Part shown: positions 8,214 through 18,034 of the stretch, piece by piece | Position numbering within the stretch: position 1 is the first letter of the stretch | Layout: each line of letters starts with the position of its first letter | Source of the DNA: an uncultured Trueperaceae bacterium | Lineage (GTDB): Bacteria; Deinococcota; Deinococci; Deinococcales; Trueperaceae | Assembly (NCBI GenBank): GCA_963727505.1 | Contig: CAVSGP010000014.1 | Location: 71,499-135,498, forward strand | Direction: 5' to 3' | DNA length: 64,000 nucleotides | Made by a program: the position numbers and the translations under genes | Notes under the pieces: model-generated | Seen by the model: the letters and a program-made list of their open reading frames with translations, nothing else | What the model was told of the DNA's origin: nothing | The model's database searches: none

Positions 8214-11200
8214 ATGCCAGCAACCCTGGAACAGGTACGCAAGCGGATCCAGCGCTCCGCCAGCCAGGAAGGCCCCCTCCTGACGCGGTTCGCCGAGATC
8301 CTCTTCGACAAGGCCGACGACGCCTTCCTGGAGGAGTTCGACTCCGACAGCCTCTTCGCCATGACCGTTGACGGGCTCCACTTCCTGGGGGGCGGCCTCG
8401 AGGACGGCCCCCGCGTGCAGGTGTTCAACCCGCGGTTCGAGACCGACGGTTGGGACGCGCCCTACACCGTGATCCGCTTGCTGCTCGACGACCGGCCCTT
8501 CATCGTCGACTCGGTGCGGGCCGAACTGAGCCGGCATGGCGTCGAGCTCTTCCACCTGCTGCACCCGATCGTCGTACCGGTGCGCGACGCCTCGGGGGCT
8601 GTGGTCGGGCTGGACGTCAAGGGAGAGCGGGAGCAGCGCGAGGCGGTCGAGATGTACTTCGTCGAGCGCCTCGAGGACGAGGAACAGCGGGCCGATCTCG
8701 CCGCCGCCGTGACGCAGGTGCTGCAGGACGTCCTGCTCGCGACCGGCGACTACCAGGCGATGCGCGAGCGGGCGCTGGCGATGCGAGAGCATGTGGCCGG
8801 GCTGCGGAAGAAGAGCGCGCAGGGCTATCATCGCGATCGCGGCGAGGAGCTGGAGGAGTACGGCGCCTTCATGGAGTGGCTCGACGACGAGAACTTCGTG
8901 TTCCTCGGCTACCGCGAGTACGACATCAAGGTGGTCGGCGGGGTGCGCTCGTTGCAGGTCACGCCGGGCAGCGGTCTAGGCATCCTGCGCAATACCGAGA
9001 CCAGCGCCTACGACGAGGCGGTGCCCATCGCCGATCTCCCCGAGGGGTTGCGGGAGCGCGTGACCGGCGGCCGCGTGTTCGTGGTCACCAAGACCAACGC
9101 CGAGGCCACCGTGCACCGGCCCGCCCGCATGGATTACATCGGTATCAAGAAGCTCTCCGACAGCTGGCAGGTGATGGGCGAGCACCGCTTCCTGGGCCTG
9201 TTCACCTCCAAGGCCCACTCCACACCGGTCGAGGACATCCCGATCCTGCGGCGCAAACTGCGGCAGGTGCTCGAGCTCGACGACGCGCTTCCCGGCTCCC
9301 ACGACTACAAGGGGATCGTGGCGGTGTTCAACAGCATGCCGCGCGAGGAGCTCTTCTGGTCGGACGCCGAGCAGCTTCATCGCGACATCCGCACCATCCT
9401 CGGGCTCGAGCAGGAGCGCGGCGTGCGCGTGACGCTGCGCCCCGACCCGCTGGGTCGAGGCATCGGCGTGATGGTGATCATGCCGCGCGAGAGCTTCAAC
9501 GCCGAGGTGCGGCGCACCGTGCAGCGCTTCCTCGCCCGCAAGCTCGCCGCCGACCACGTCGACTACAACCTGGCGATGGGCGAGGACCAGGCCCAGGTCC
9601 GCTTCCACTTCTTCTTCACCACCGGACTGCGGCCCGACGACATCGACCTCAAGGGGCTGGAGCGCGAGGTCGCCGAGCTCGCGCGGAGCTGGCGCGACGA
9701 GCTGCGCGAGCGGCTGTTGGCCGCCCATGGTGCGCGCGAGGGTCGCAAGCTGGCCGAGCGCTACGCGGGCGCCTTCGACCCCCGCTACACCGCCGATACC
9801 GGCGCCGCCCTGGCGGTGCGCGACATCGCCAACCTCGAGAGGCTCGGCGAGGACACGATGCTGGCCGACGTCCTCAACCCGCCCGAGGAGCGCGGGGAGG
9901 ACGCTGCCAGCCTCGTACGCATCTACCACCACGGGCACGGCATGGCACTCTCCGACGTGCTCCCCGTGCTCGAGAACGTCGGCTTCCGGGTGATCGAGCA
10001 GGTGCCCTACATGCTCACTCCCGAAGGCGGCAAGCGCGGCATCGAGGTGTTCCGCGTGCACGACGCCGAGCGTCGCGCGCTGGACGTACGCCGCCATCGC
10101 GAGCGGCTCGTCGACGCCCTCGAGGGCCTGCTGCTGGGCCGCGCCGAGAACGACCGCCTGAACCGGCTGGTGCTGCAGGCCGGACTCACCGTGCGCCAGG
10201 TGGCGCTGCTGCGCGCCTACCAGATGGATTTCTCGCAGCTCAACGCGGTGACCAGCCGCAGGTTCATCAACGACACGCTTCTGGCGCACCCGTCGGTGGC
10301 GGCGGACCTGGTCGCGTACTTCGAGGCGCGCTTCGACCCCGCGCGCGAGGAAGGACGCCACGAGCGCATGGAGGCCGCCCGGCAGGCGGTGCTCTCAGGG
10401 CTGGCCAAGGTGCGCTCGCTGACGGAAGATCGCACCTTGCGCGGCCTGCTCGATCTGATGGAGGCCACGGTCCGCACCAACTACTTCCTCGACAAGGACT
10501 ACATCGCCTTCAAGCTCGCCTCCGGACAGGTGGCCAGCATGCCCGATCCCCGGCCGCTCTACGAGATCGCGGTGGCCGGCCTCGGCGTCGAGGGCGTACA
10601 CCTCCGCGGCGGAAAGGTGGCGCGCGGCGGCATCCGCTGGAGCGACCGCCCCGACGACTTCCGTACCGAGGTCCTGGGGCTCATGAAGACGCAGATGACC
10701 AAGAACGCCGTCATCGTGCCGGTCGGCTCCAAGGGCGGCTTCGTGCTCAAGCGGGCGCCCGCCGGCCGCGACGCGCTGCGCGCCTACGTCCGCGAGCAGT
10801 ACCAGGTGTTCATCCGCGGCCTGCTCGATCTCACGGACAACCGCGTCGACGACCGGGTGGTCCACCCCGAAGGACTCGTCATCTACGACGAGGACGACCC
10901 CTACCTCGTCGTCGCGGCCGACAAGGGCACCGCGACGTTCTCCGACCTGGCGAACGAGACCGCCGCCGAGTACGACTACTGGCTGGGCGACGCCTTCGCG
11001 TCGGGCGGCTCGCACGGCTACGACCACAAGGTCATGGGCATCACCGCGCGCGGGGCCTGGGAGTGCGTGGCGCGCCACTTCGACGAGCTGGGCGTCGACG
11101 TCTTCGAGGACACCTTCAGCGTGGTGGGGATCGGCGACATGTCCGGTGACGTCTTCGGCAACGGCATGCTCTACACCGACCGCATCCAGCTCAAGGCGGC

Positions 11201-13037
11201 CTTCAACCACCTGCACATCTTCCTCGACCCGAACCCCGACCCGAAGGCGAGCTTCGCGGAGCGCAAGCGGCTGTTCGAGCTGGCGCGCTCCTCGTGGAAC
11301 GACTACGACGGGAAGCTCATCAGCGCCGGCGGAGGCGTTTTCGAACGCGGCGCCAAGAGCATCCCACTGAGCGCCGAGGTCCGCAAGATGCTTGGCGTCG
11401 ACGACGAGGCGCTCAGCGGGCAGGACCTGGTGCGCGCCATCCTGGCCATGCCGGCCGACCTGCTGTGGAACGGCGGCATCGGCACCTACGTGCGCGCCAG
11501 CAGCGAGCGCGACGCCGACGTCGGCGACGCCACCAACGATCCGGTGCGTATCACGGCCCCCGAGCTCCGCTGCAAGGTGGTGGGGGAGGGCGGCAACCTC
11601 GGCCTGACCCAGCTCGCGCGCATCGAGTTCGCGCGCGCCGGGGGCCGGATCAACACGGACGCCATCGACAACTCCGCCGGCGTGGACACCTCCGACCACG
11701 AGGTCAACATCAAGATCCTGCTGCAGCCGCTGGTCAGCTCGGGCGAGCTCAACTTCAAGCAGCGCAACCGCCTGCTCAAGGAGATGGAGGACGAGGTGGC
11801 GCGGCTGGTGTTGCGCGACAACGACCAGCAGTCGCTGGCGCTCAGCCTGGCCGAGCGCCGCAGCGTCGAGGACCTCGGGCTGTTCGACTCGCTGCTCGAG
11901 GAGCTGGCCGTGCGCGGGGGGCTCAACGCGCGGGTGGAGTTCCTTCCCACGCGGCGGCAGCTCCAGGAGCGCCAGCGCGCGGGCGAGGGGCTCAGCCGCC
12001 CCGAGCTGGCCGTGACCATGGCCTACGTGAAGATGGGGCTGTACCGGAAACTGCTGGAGACCGGGCTGCCGGACGAGCCCGACTTCGAGCACTACCTGTT
12101 CGAGTACTTCCCGGCCGCGGTCAAGGAACGCTACGTCGAGGTCATCCGGCGGCACACCCTGCGGCGCGAGATCACCGCGACGCAGTTCACCAACATCGTG
12201 GTCGACCTGCTGGGGGCCAGCTTCGTGCACCGCACGGCGCGCGATAGCGGGGCCGCGGACGTCGACGTCGTCAAGGCGGCCCTGATGGCCCTCGAGGTCC
12301 TCGACGCACGCGGCGTGGGGGAGCGGCTGGAGCGGCACCAGCCCCGTCTGCCCGCGGAGGCCCACTACGAGGCCCTGCACCACCTGGTGCACGCCGTGGA
12401 AGGCGTGGTGAGCTGGATGCTGTTCAACGACCTCACCCGCCGCAACGTGGGCGACTTCGTCGATACCTACCGGGAGCCGCTGCTGACGCTCCGCAACGGC
12501 ATCGAGGGGATGTTGCCGGTTGCAGAGCGCCGGCGCTTCAAGCGCCGCACCAAGCAGCTCGGCAAGCTCGGCTTCGGCGCCGAGCTGGCGGCCGAGATCG
12601 CCAGCCTGGACTACCTGCCGAGCAGCGTCGGCGTGATCGAGGTCAGCCGCCGGACCGAGGTGGGGTTGGAGGAGGCCGCCACGCGCTTCTACGCCCTGGG
12701 CGAGCGTCTGGCGCTGGGGTGGCTGCGCGACGGTCTGTCGCAGCTCCCCACGCAGGGGAGCTGGGAGAAGATCGCGGCCGTCGGACTGGTGATGGACCTG
12801 CGCGAAGCGCAGCGGAAGCTCGCCACCACCTTCATCGAGGCCCGCAAGCAGGAGGACGGGCTGTCGGCCGAGGGGTTCCTGGAGCGCCACCCGCACCTGC
12901 TGGAGCGCTTCGACGAGGCGCTCGAGGAACTCAAGCTGCCCGGAGCGTTGACGCTGGCGGGCGGCGCGGTGCTGGTGAGGCTGCTGGCACAGGCGCAACG
13001 CACCGGCGTCAACGGCGCGGTGGCGCGCGCCGGTTGA
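8214..13037 (+). CDS. gdhB: Large NAD-specific glutamate dehydrogenase (~1600 aa)
   Basis: VARGGIRWSDR, KNAVIVPVGSKGGF, VVAADKGTATFSD, GDMSGDVFGNG; ATG 8214 with RBS GAGAGG. Confidence 0.95.
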   Translation: MPATLEQVRKRIQRSASQEGPLLTRFAEILFDKADDAFLEEFDSDSLFAMTVDGLHFLGGGLEDGPRVQVFNPRFETDGWDAPYTVIRLLLDDRPFIVDSVRAELSRHGVELFHLLHPIVVPVRDASGAVVGLDVKGEREQREAVEMYFVERLEDEEQRADLAAAVTQVLQDVLLATGDYQAMRERALAMREHVAGLRKKSAQGYHRDRGEELEEYGAFMEWLDDENFVFLGYREYDIKVVGGVRSLQVTPGSGLGILRNTETSAYDEAVPIADLPEGLRERVTGGRVFVVTKTNAEATVHRPARMDYIGIKKLSDSWQVMGEHRFLGLFTSKAHSTPVEDIPILRRKLRQVLELDDALPGSHDYKGIVAVFNSMPREELFWSDAEQLHRDIRTILGLEQERGVRVTLRPDPLGRGIGVMVIMPRESFNAEVRRTVQRFLARKLAADHVDYNLAMGEDQAQVRFHFFFTTGLRPDDIDLKGLEREVAELARSWRDELRERLLAAHGAREGRKLAERYAGAFDPRYTADTGAALAVRDIANLERLGEDTMLADVLNPPEERGEDAASLVRIYHHGHGMALSDVLPVLENVGFRVIEQVPYMLTPEGGKRGIEVFRVHDAERRALDVRRHRERLVDALEGLLLGRAENDRLNRLVLQAGLTVRQVALLRAYQMDFSQLNAVTSRRFINDTLLAHPSVAADLVAYFEARFDPAREEGRHERMEAARQAVLSGLAKVRSLTEDRTLRGLLDLMEATVRTNYFLDKDYIAFKLASGQVASMPDPRPLYEIAVAGLGVEGVHLRGGKVARGGIRWSDRPDDFRTEVLGLMKTQMTKNAVIVPVGSKGGFVLKRAPAGRDALRAYVREQYQVFIRGLLDLTDNRVDDRVVHPEGLVIYDEDDPYLVVAADKGTATFSDLANETAAEYDYWLGDAFASGGSHGYDHKVMGITARGAWECVARHFDELGVDVFEDTFSVVGIGDMSGDVFGNGMLYTDRIQLKAAFNHLHIFLDPNPDPKASFAERKRLFELARSSWNDYDGKLISAGGGVFERGAKSIPLSAEVRKMLGVDDEALSGQDLVRAILAMPADLLWNGGIGTYVRASSERDADVGDATNDPVRITAPELRCKVVGEGGNLGLTQLARIEFARAGGRINTDAIDNSAGVDTSDHEVNIKILLQPLVSSGELNFKQRNRLLKEMEDEVARLVLRDNDQQSLALSLAERRSVEDLGLFDSLLEELAVRGGLNARVEFLPTRRQLQERQRAGEGLSRPELAVTMAYVKMGLYRKLLETGLPDEPDFEHYLFEYFPAAVKERYVEVIRRHTLRREITATQFTNIVVDLLGASFVHRTARDSGAADVDVVKAALMALEVLDARGVGERLERHQPRLPAEAHYEALHHLVHAVEGVVSWMLFNDLTRRNVGDFVDTYREPLLTLRNGIEGMLPVAERRRFKRRTKQLGKLGFGAELAAEIASLDYLPSSVGVIEVSRRTEVGLEEAATRFYALGERLALGWLRDGLSQLPTQGSWEKIAAVGLVMDLREAQRKLATTFIEARKQEDGLSAEGFLERHPHLLERFDEALEELKLPGALTLAGGAVLVRLLAQAQRTGVNGAVARAG

Positions 13038-13076
13038 ACGACGGCGCGGCTCACGGCGCTCCTCACGGCCCGGACG

Positions 13077-14180
13077 TCAGGCCGCCCTCACGAACGCCCG
13101 TAGCAGGGCGTCGAGCCGGGCGATGCCGTCATCGGTGGCGCGCAGACGGGTGCCGTCGCGGGCGAGCAGGCGGTGACGGAGCACGTCGTCCAGCCAGCGG
13201 GGCGCCACGTCCTCCGGCCCAAGCCCGGTGAGGGCTCGCAGCCCGGCGAGGTCGACCCCCTCGCGCGTGCGCAAGCCGGTCAGTAGCCGATCGAGCACCA
13301 CGCCCTTGGCGTCGAGCACGTCGCGCTCGGGCGGCGCTCCTTCGAGCCAGCCGCGGATCGGCGGGTTGCGCAGGCGGGTACCGTAGAGCCCGCCCTCGGG
13401 CAGGTAGGAGGAGGCCGAGGGGCCGAGTCCGAGGTAGAACGCGCCGCGCCACGCGCCCAGGTTGTGGCGCGCCTCCTCGCCCGGGCGCGCGTAGTTCGAC
13501 ACCTCGTAGCGTCGTAGTCCGTAGGCCGCCAGCAGCGGGGCGGTGGCCTCGAAGTCGTCGGCCTCGCGTTCCGGGTCGACCCGTACGCCGCGAAGCGCGA
13601 AGGGCGTGTTCGGCTCGATGGTGAGCGAGTAGACGCTCATGTGGCCCACCCCCGTCTCCGCGACGCGCCGCAGGTCGAGCGCGGCGTCCTGGCCCGGCAC
13701 GGCGGTGATCACGTCGGCGTTGACGCGCAGGCCCGACGCCTGCGCCCACTCCACTGCCTGCATCCCCTGCGCACTGTCGTGGACGCGGCCGAGGAAGCGC
13801 AGAACGGAGTCCTGCGTCGACTGCAGGCCGATCGACAGCCGGTCGAAGCCGAGGTCCCGGAAACGCCCCAGGCGCTCGGGCGTGAACGTGAGCGGGTCGG
13901 CCTCGAGGGTCGTCTCGAGGCGGGCCGGGAAGCCGAAGGTGCCTTGCAGGAGGCTCGTGACGCGGGCCATCTCGTCGTCGGTGAGGTGCGAGGGCGTGCC
14001 GCCGCCGAAGTAGACGGTGTCGAGCGGTCCGGGGTAGCGCTCGGCCAGCGCGCGGGCCTCGCGTTCGAGCCGCTCGAGGTAGCGCGCCACCAGCCCTTCG
14101 TTGCGCAGCATCTTGTGGAAGTCGCAGTACGGGCAGACGCTGGGGCAGAAGGGGACGTGCAGGTAGAGGGAGCGCACCAC
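13077..14180 (-). CDS. hemW: Radical SAM heme chaperone HemW (HemN-like)
   Basis: LYLHVPFCPSVCPYCDF, YFGGGTPS, YEVSNYA, HNLGAW; start GTG 14180. Confidence 0.9.
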   Translation of the reverse strand: MVRSLYLHVPFCPSVCPYCDFHKMLRNEGLVARYLERLEREARALAERYPGPLDTVYFGGGTPSHLTDDEMARVTSLLQGTFGFPARLETTLEADPLTFTPERLGRFRDLGFDRLSIGLQSTQDSVLRFLGRVHDSAQGMQAVEWAQASGLRVNADVITAVPGQDAALDLRRVAETGVGHMSVYSLTIEPNTPFALRGVRVDPEREADDFEATAPLLAAYGLRRYEVSNYARPGEEARHNLGAWRGAFYLGLGPSASSYLPEGGLYGTRLRNPPIRGWLEGAPPERDVLDAKGVVLDRLLTGLRTREGVDLAGLRALTGLGPEDVAPRWLDDVLRHRLLARDGTRLRATDDGIARLDALLRAFVRAA

Positions 14181-14270
14181 GATGCAAGCGTAGTCCCTCA
14201 CGAGGCCGGTGGAGGTCGGGTCGGTCGTTCGCGTGCCCCGCCGCTCGATGAGCATCGGATGTCAACAATG

Positions 14271-14305
14271 TGAGAAACCTTGGACAGCCTCGGGACATTT
14301 GTCCT
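14271..14305 (+). promoter_or_regulatory. Conserved upstream element of lipoprotein 1: TGAGAAACCT plus GGGAC-ATTT-GTCCT palindrome
   Basis: Both motifs recur upstream of the paralog at 16275-16310. Confidence 0.6.
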
Positions 14306-14354
14306 ATCGTGGGGCCGAACTGAGGCTTGTCTAGATTCATGGAGGAGGCCAGAC

Positions 14355-15923
14355 ATGAAACGAATGTTCCTTGCCGTCGCTGCCCTCGTTCTTACGGTGC
14401 TATTGGCATCGTGTGGGCAGCAGGCCAGTCTGTCGGTCCAGCTCGGTAGCAGCAGCGGTTCGGTATTGCGCGGCGACCAGGTCAGCGTCCCGGTCACCGT
14501 GAGCAACGCTTCCGGGACCGTGAACCTCTCGGTCAGCGGTGCCCCTGCGGGTGTGACGGCGACGTTGGCCTCGTCGACCCTGAGTGGTGGAGCGACCTCG
14601 ACGACGCTCGATGTGCAGGTGTCGGCGGCCGCCACGGACGGCTCTGCGACCTTGACAGTGAGTGCGGCGGAAGGGAGCAACGCGAGCTCGGCGACGTTCG
14701 ATCTGACGGTCTCCAGTCTGTCCGTGACCGGGACCGTGGTGGACCTGGTCGGCAAGGGCATGTCGGGCGCCACCGTGGCGATCCAGGGCACCACCGCCAC
14801 AACCGACGCGAACGGGGAGTTCACGATCGGCGGGGTCGCCGTTCCCTACGACCTGATCGTCAAGCAGACGCTCGTCTCGGCGACCATCGCCCAGGTGTTC
14901 GAGGGCTTGACCAGCGCGACGCCCGTGGTGAACCCCTACGCCTCGGTCATCGGGTTGACCTCGCTGCCGATGTCCGCCACCATCTCCGGGAACCTCTCGT
15001 CGGCGGTGTCCGCGGGCTACACCGCGAACGTCTGCGTTCAGAGCACCTCCACGTTCATGAGCGGCTGTGACACCGTGGCCGCAGGCTCGACCGCCTATTC
15101 GATCAGTGCTGCATGGCTCGCGGGATCGAGCGTCTCGGTGACGCTCCACGCGATCGAAGTCGCGACGGACGCCGACGGCATGGCGACCGGCTACGACCAG
15201 TACGGTACGGCGTCGGGGACGGTGGCCAACGGTGGGACGCCCACCATCGACGTTGCGTGGGGGAGCACCCCTTCCAGCGGCACGATCGCCGGCCACGTCA
15301 ACGTGCCGGCCGGGTTCCAGCTCGAAAATGTGGAGGGTGCGGCCGAGTTGAGCTCCTCCACGGCGTTGCCGCTGTTCCGCGCCAACAACAGCAGTGGCCT
15401 CGGCACCAGCTTCAACGCCGTCGTGCCGCAGCTCGGGAGCTCGGGCCATACGCTGATGGTTGTGGGGTACCCTTCCGGTACCGGCGCTTCGACAACGATC
15501 GCCTGGCAAGGCGGCCTCAGCGCCGGATCCAGCCCCACCTTCAACCTTCCGACGCCGCCGACGATGACGGCCCCCGTCGATGGGGCAACCGGGGTGGGTG
15601 TCGGATCGACGCTGAGCCTCAGCTCGGCAAACGGCGCCGCGTCGTTCATCATCTCGGGCACGTCGCAGGCGATCATCGTGACGACAACGAACGCGAGCAT
15701 CACCCTCCCCGATCTGAGTTCGGTCGGGATGCCCCTGACTTCGGGCAGCTACTCGTGGCAGGCGATCGTCACTCCCGGCTTGGCGACGCCGGAGGACGCT
15801 GCAGCGCACTGGATCTCCGACTACTACCTCACCTTCACCTCCCTCGAGTCCGGCGGGACCCTGTCGAGCCAGTCCAGCGGCTCCATCATGGGAACGGGTT
15901 CGCGGGGGTTCACCGTCCCCTGA
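14355..15923 (+). CDS. Ser/Thr/Gly-rich multi-Ig-like surface lipoprotein with carboxypeptidase-regulatory-like domain (paralog 1)
   Basis: MKRMFLAVAALVLTVLLASC lipobox; 'GATVAIQGTTATTDANGEFTIGGVAVPYDL'; RBS GGAGGAGG. Confidence 0.8.
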   Translation: MKRMFLAVAALVLTVLLASCGQQASLSVQLGSSSGSVLRGDQVSVPVTVSNASGTVNLSVSGAPAGVTATLASSTLSGGATSTTLDVQVSAAATDGSATLTVSAAEGSNASSATFDLTVSSLSVTGTVVDLVGKGMSGATVAIQGTTATTDANGEFTIGGVAVPYDLIVKQTLVSATIAQVFEGLTSATPVVNPYASVIGLTSLPMSATISGNLSSAVSAGYTANVCVQSTSTFMSGCDTVAAGSTAYSISAAWLAGSSVSVTLHAIEVATDADGMATGYDQYGTASGTVANGGTPTIDVAWGSTPSSGTIAGHVNVPAGFQLENVEGAAELSSSTALPLFRANNSSGLGTSFNAVVPQLGSSGHTLMVVGYPSGTGASTTIAWQGGLSAGSSPTFNLPTPPTMTAPVDGATGVGVGSTLSLSSANGAASFIISGTSQAIIVTTTNASITLPDLSSVGMPLTSGSYSWQAIVTPGLATPEDAAAHWISDYYLTFTSLESGGTLSSQSSGSIMGTGSRGFTVP

Positions 15924-15959
15924 GGACGAGGCACGCTCCTGTGCTACATCGATTGTGCT

Positions 15960-15990
15960 GGGGGCGGCCTTCGGGCCGCCCCCAGCTTTC
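15960..15990 (+). terminator. Intrinsic terminator-like hairpin
   Basis: gggggcggcc-ttcg-ggccgccccc followed by agctttc. Confidence 0.75.
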
Positions 15991-16093
15991 GTTCCCTCGA
16001 CCAGACCCGTTGCGTTGCGATCGCGGCCGTGCTCGACGGCTCGAGCAAGAGGGGCTTCGGGCGGCTTCGCCCCCGGGCGCCTGGCGAAGCGGA

Positions 16094-16183
16094 CTAGACC
16101 CTACGCCGGAGCATCTTGCGGAAGTCGCGGCGGGGATGGACGGTGGGGCAGAAGCGCACGTGCAGGTAGAGGGAGTGGACCAC
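16094..16183 (-). pseudogene. Degenerate 5' fragment of hemW
   Basis: VVHSLYLHVRFCPTVHPRRDFRKMLRRRV* is colinear with HemW VVRSLYLHVPFCPSVCPYCDFHKMLR; 16110-16183 aligns without gaps to 14107-14180. Confidence 0.85.
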
Positions 16184-16274
16184 GAGGCACGGGTCATCCA
16201 CCAAACCCTACGTGTGCCGGGTAGGCCCGTGGCCGGGGCGTTCGAGCGGTCATGAGAGGTGCGTGGCCTGGGAG

Positions 16275-16310
16275 TGAGAAACCTGTGGCCTGCGCCGGGA
16301 CGTTTGTCCT
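16275..16310 (+). promoter_or_regulatory. Conserved upstream element of lipoprotein 2: TGAGAAACCT plus GGGAC-GTTT-GTCCT
   Basis: Matches 14271-14305. Confidence 0.6.
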
Positions 16311-16362
16311 ATCTTTGAGCTGTCCGCTCACGCATCGTCGTTCAAGAAGGAGACGAAATTCT

Positions 16363-17928
16363 ATGAAGCGATTGTTCCTCATTGTGGCTGCGTTGGTGCT
16401 CACCGGGCTCCTGGCTTCGTGCGGCCAACAGGCCAGCCTCTCGGTCTCGCTCGGAAGCGCCAGCGGTTCTGTGGTGCGTGGTGACCACGTAAGCGTGCCT
16501 GTCACGGTGAGCAACGCCTCTGGCACCGTGACCCTGTCGGTCAGTGGTGTGCCTTCCGGGGTGACGGCGAGCCTCGCGAGCTCTACGCTGAGTGGCGGGT
16601 CCACCTCGACCGCCCTGGACGTGCAGGTCTCGGCGGCGGCCGCCGAGGGCGCCACCACGTTGACGATCAACGCCGTGGACGGGAGCAACGCCGCGGCCGC
16701 GACGTACGACGTGACGATCACCAGCCTGTCCGTTCACGGGAAGGTGGTGGGGCTGCTCGACGTCCCCGTGTCGGGAGCGGTCGTCTCGATCCAGGGCACC
16801 AACGCCACCACGGCCTCGGACGGTAGCTTCACCATCGGCGGTGTCGCCGTCCCCTACGACCTGGACGTCGTGCAGACCGTCACGACCCCTTCGACCACCA
16901 CCTACGCGCACGTCTTCGAAGGACTCACGGACCCCAGTCCGACGGTGATGCCCGTGAGCGCGCTCGGCGGCGCGTCGACGTTCCAGACCGGCACGATCAA
17001 CGGCACCCTCGGGTCGGCCGTGGCGACCGGTTCCACGGCGAGGGTGTGCGCGGCCGGCGTCTCGATGGTCGTGTTCGGCTGCACGACCGTGTCTGCCGGA
17101 GGCAGCACCTTCACGCTGAATGCGGACTGGGCGACGGGATCGACCGCGAACGTGACGGTCCGCGTGCTCGAGGTGCAGACCGATGCCAACGGGGTGGCGA
17201 CGGGCTACGGCAGGTACGGCACGGCCAACGCCACGTTGACCGCCAGCGGCAGCACGCCGGTCACCGTGAACTTCGGGGCGGGGCCCTCCACGGCGACGGA
17301 GTCGGCGAGCGTCACCGTTCCGTCCGGCTTCGCGCTCAGCGGCATCGAGGTGAGTGCCTCGCTCGACGCCTTGAGCGGCCTGGCGCTGTTCGGCGCGAAC
17401 GCGGTGTCCAGCTTCACTGCGGTGGTGCCGCAGTTCGCAGGGGCCAGCTACAACGTGTTGGCGAGCGCCTACCCCTCCGGTGCCGGGAGTTCGGCAACGA
17501 TCGCTTGGAAGGTGGGTCTTGCGGGCGGCGGCGCCGCGACGTTCGACCTCTCCACGCCCCCGGCCCAGATCGCGCCGGCCGACGGCGCCACCGGCGTCGG
17601 GGTCGGTTCGACGCTGAGCGTGGCGTCGGCGGGGGGCGCGGCGGTCACCTTCGTCGTTCAGCACTCGGGCCAGCAGCTCGGGATCACGTCCATGAACGCG
17701 AGCGCGACCATCCCCGACCTCAGCGCGCTGGGATTCACGCTCGCCTCCGCTAGCAGCTACATGTGGTCGGCGATCGTCTCGCCGACGGTAACGACGGCCG
17801 ACGGCGCCCCCGACGGCTGGATCGGCGACTACTACGATGCGATCCTTTCGGCCACCGGTGGTGGGCCGGCACCGGCCGCCGACGGTGCGATCATGGGAAC
17901 GGATTCGCGAGGCTTCACGACGCCCTGA
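16363..17928 (+). CDS. Surface lipoprotein, tandem paralog of 14355-15923
   Basis: MKRLFLIVAALVLTGLLASC lipobox; colinear similarity throughout (CGQQASLSV, FTIGGVAVPYDL, DGATGVGVGSTLS, IMGT.SRGFT.P). Confidence 0.8.
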   Translation: MKRLFLIVAALVLTGLLASCGQQASLSVSLGSASGSVVRGDHVSVPVTVSNASGTVTLSVSGVPSGVTASLASSTLSGGSTSTALDVQVSAAAAEGATTLTINAVDGSNAAAATYDVTITSLSVHGKVVGLLDVPVSGAVVSIQGTNATTASDGSFTIGGVAVPYDLDVVQTVTTPSTTTYAHVFEGLTDPSPTVMPVSALGGASTFQTGTINGTLGSAVATGSTARVCAAGVSMVVFGCTTVSAGGSTFTLNADWATGSTANVTVRVLEVQTDANGVATGYGRYGTANATLTASGSTPVTVNFGAGPSTATESASVTVPSGFALSGIEVSASLDALSGLALFGANAVSSFTAVVPQFAGASYNVLASAYPSGAGSSATIAWKVGLAGGGAATFDLSTPPAQIAPADGATGVGVGSTLSVASAGGAAVTFVVQHSGQQLGITSMNASATIPDLSALGFTLASASSYMWSAIVSPTVTTADGAPDGWIGDYYDAILSATGGGPAPAADGAIMGTDSRGFTTP

Positions 17929-17951
17929 TCGAGGGTGGCGCTAGAAGCGAT

Positions 17952-18005
17952 CAAGAGACGCGCGGCGGGGGCGGCCTTCGGGCCGCCCCCGCCGCGCGTC
18001 TCTTG
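17952..18005. terminator. Bidirectional terminator: perfect 25-bp stem with cUUCGg loop
   Basis: caagagacgcgcggcgggggcggcc-ttcg-ggccgcccccgccgcgcgtctcttg between convergent genes. Confidence 0.85.
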
Positions 18006-18034
18006 CCGCGCACGATGCGTCGGGCCCGCGTCCG

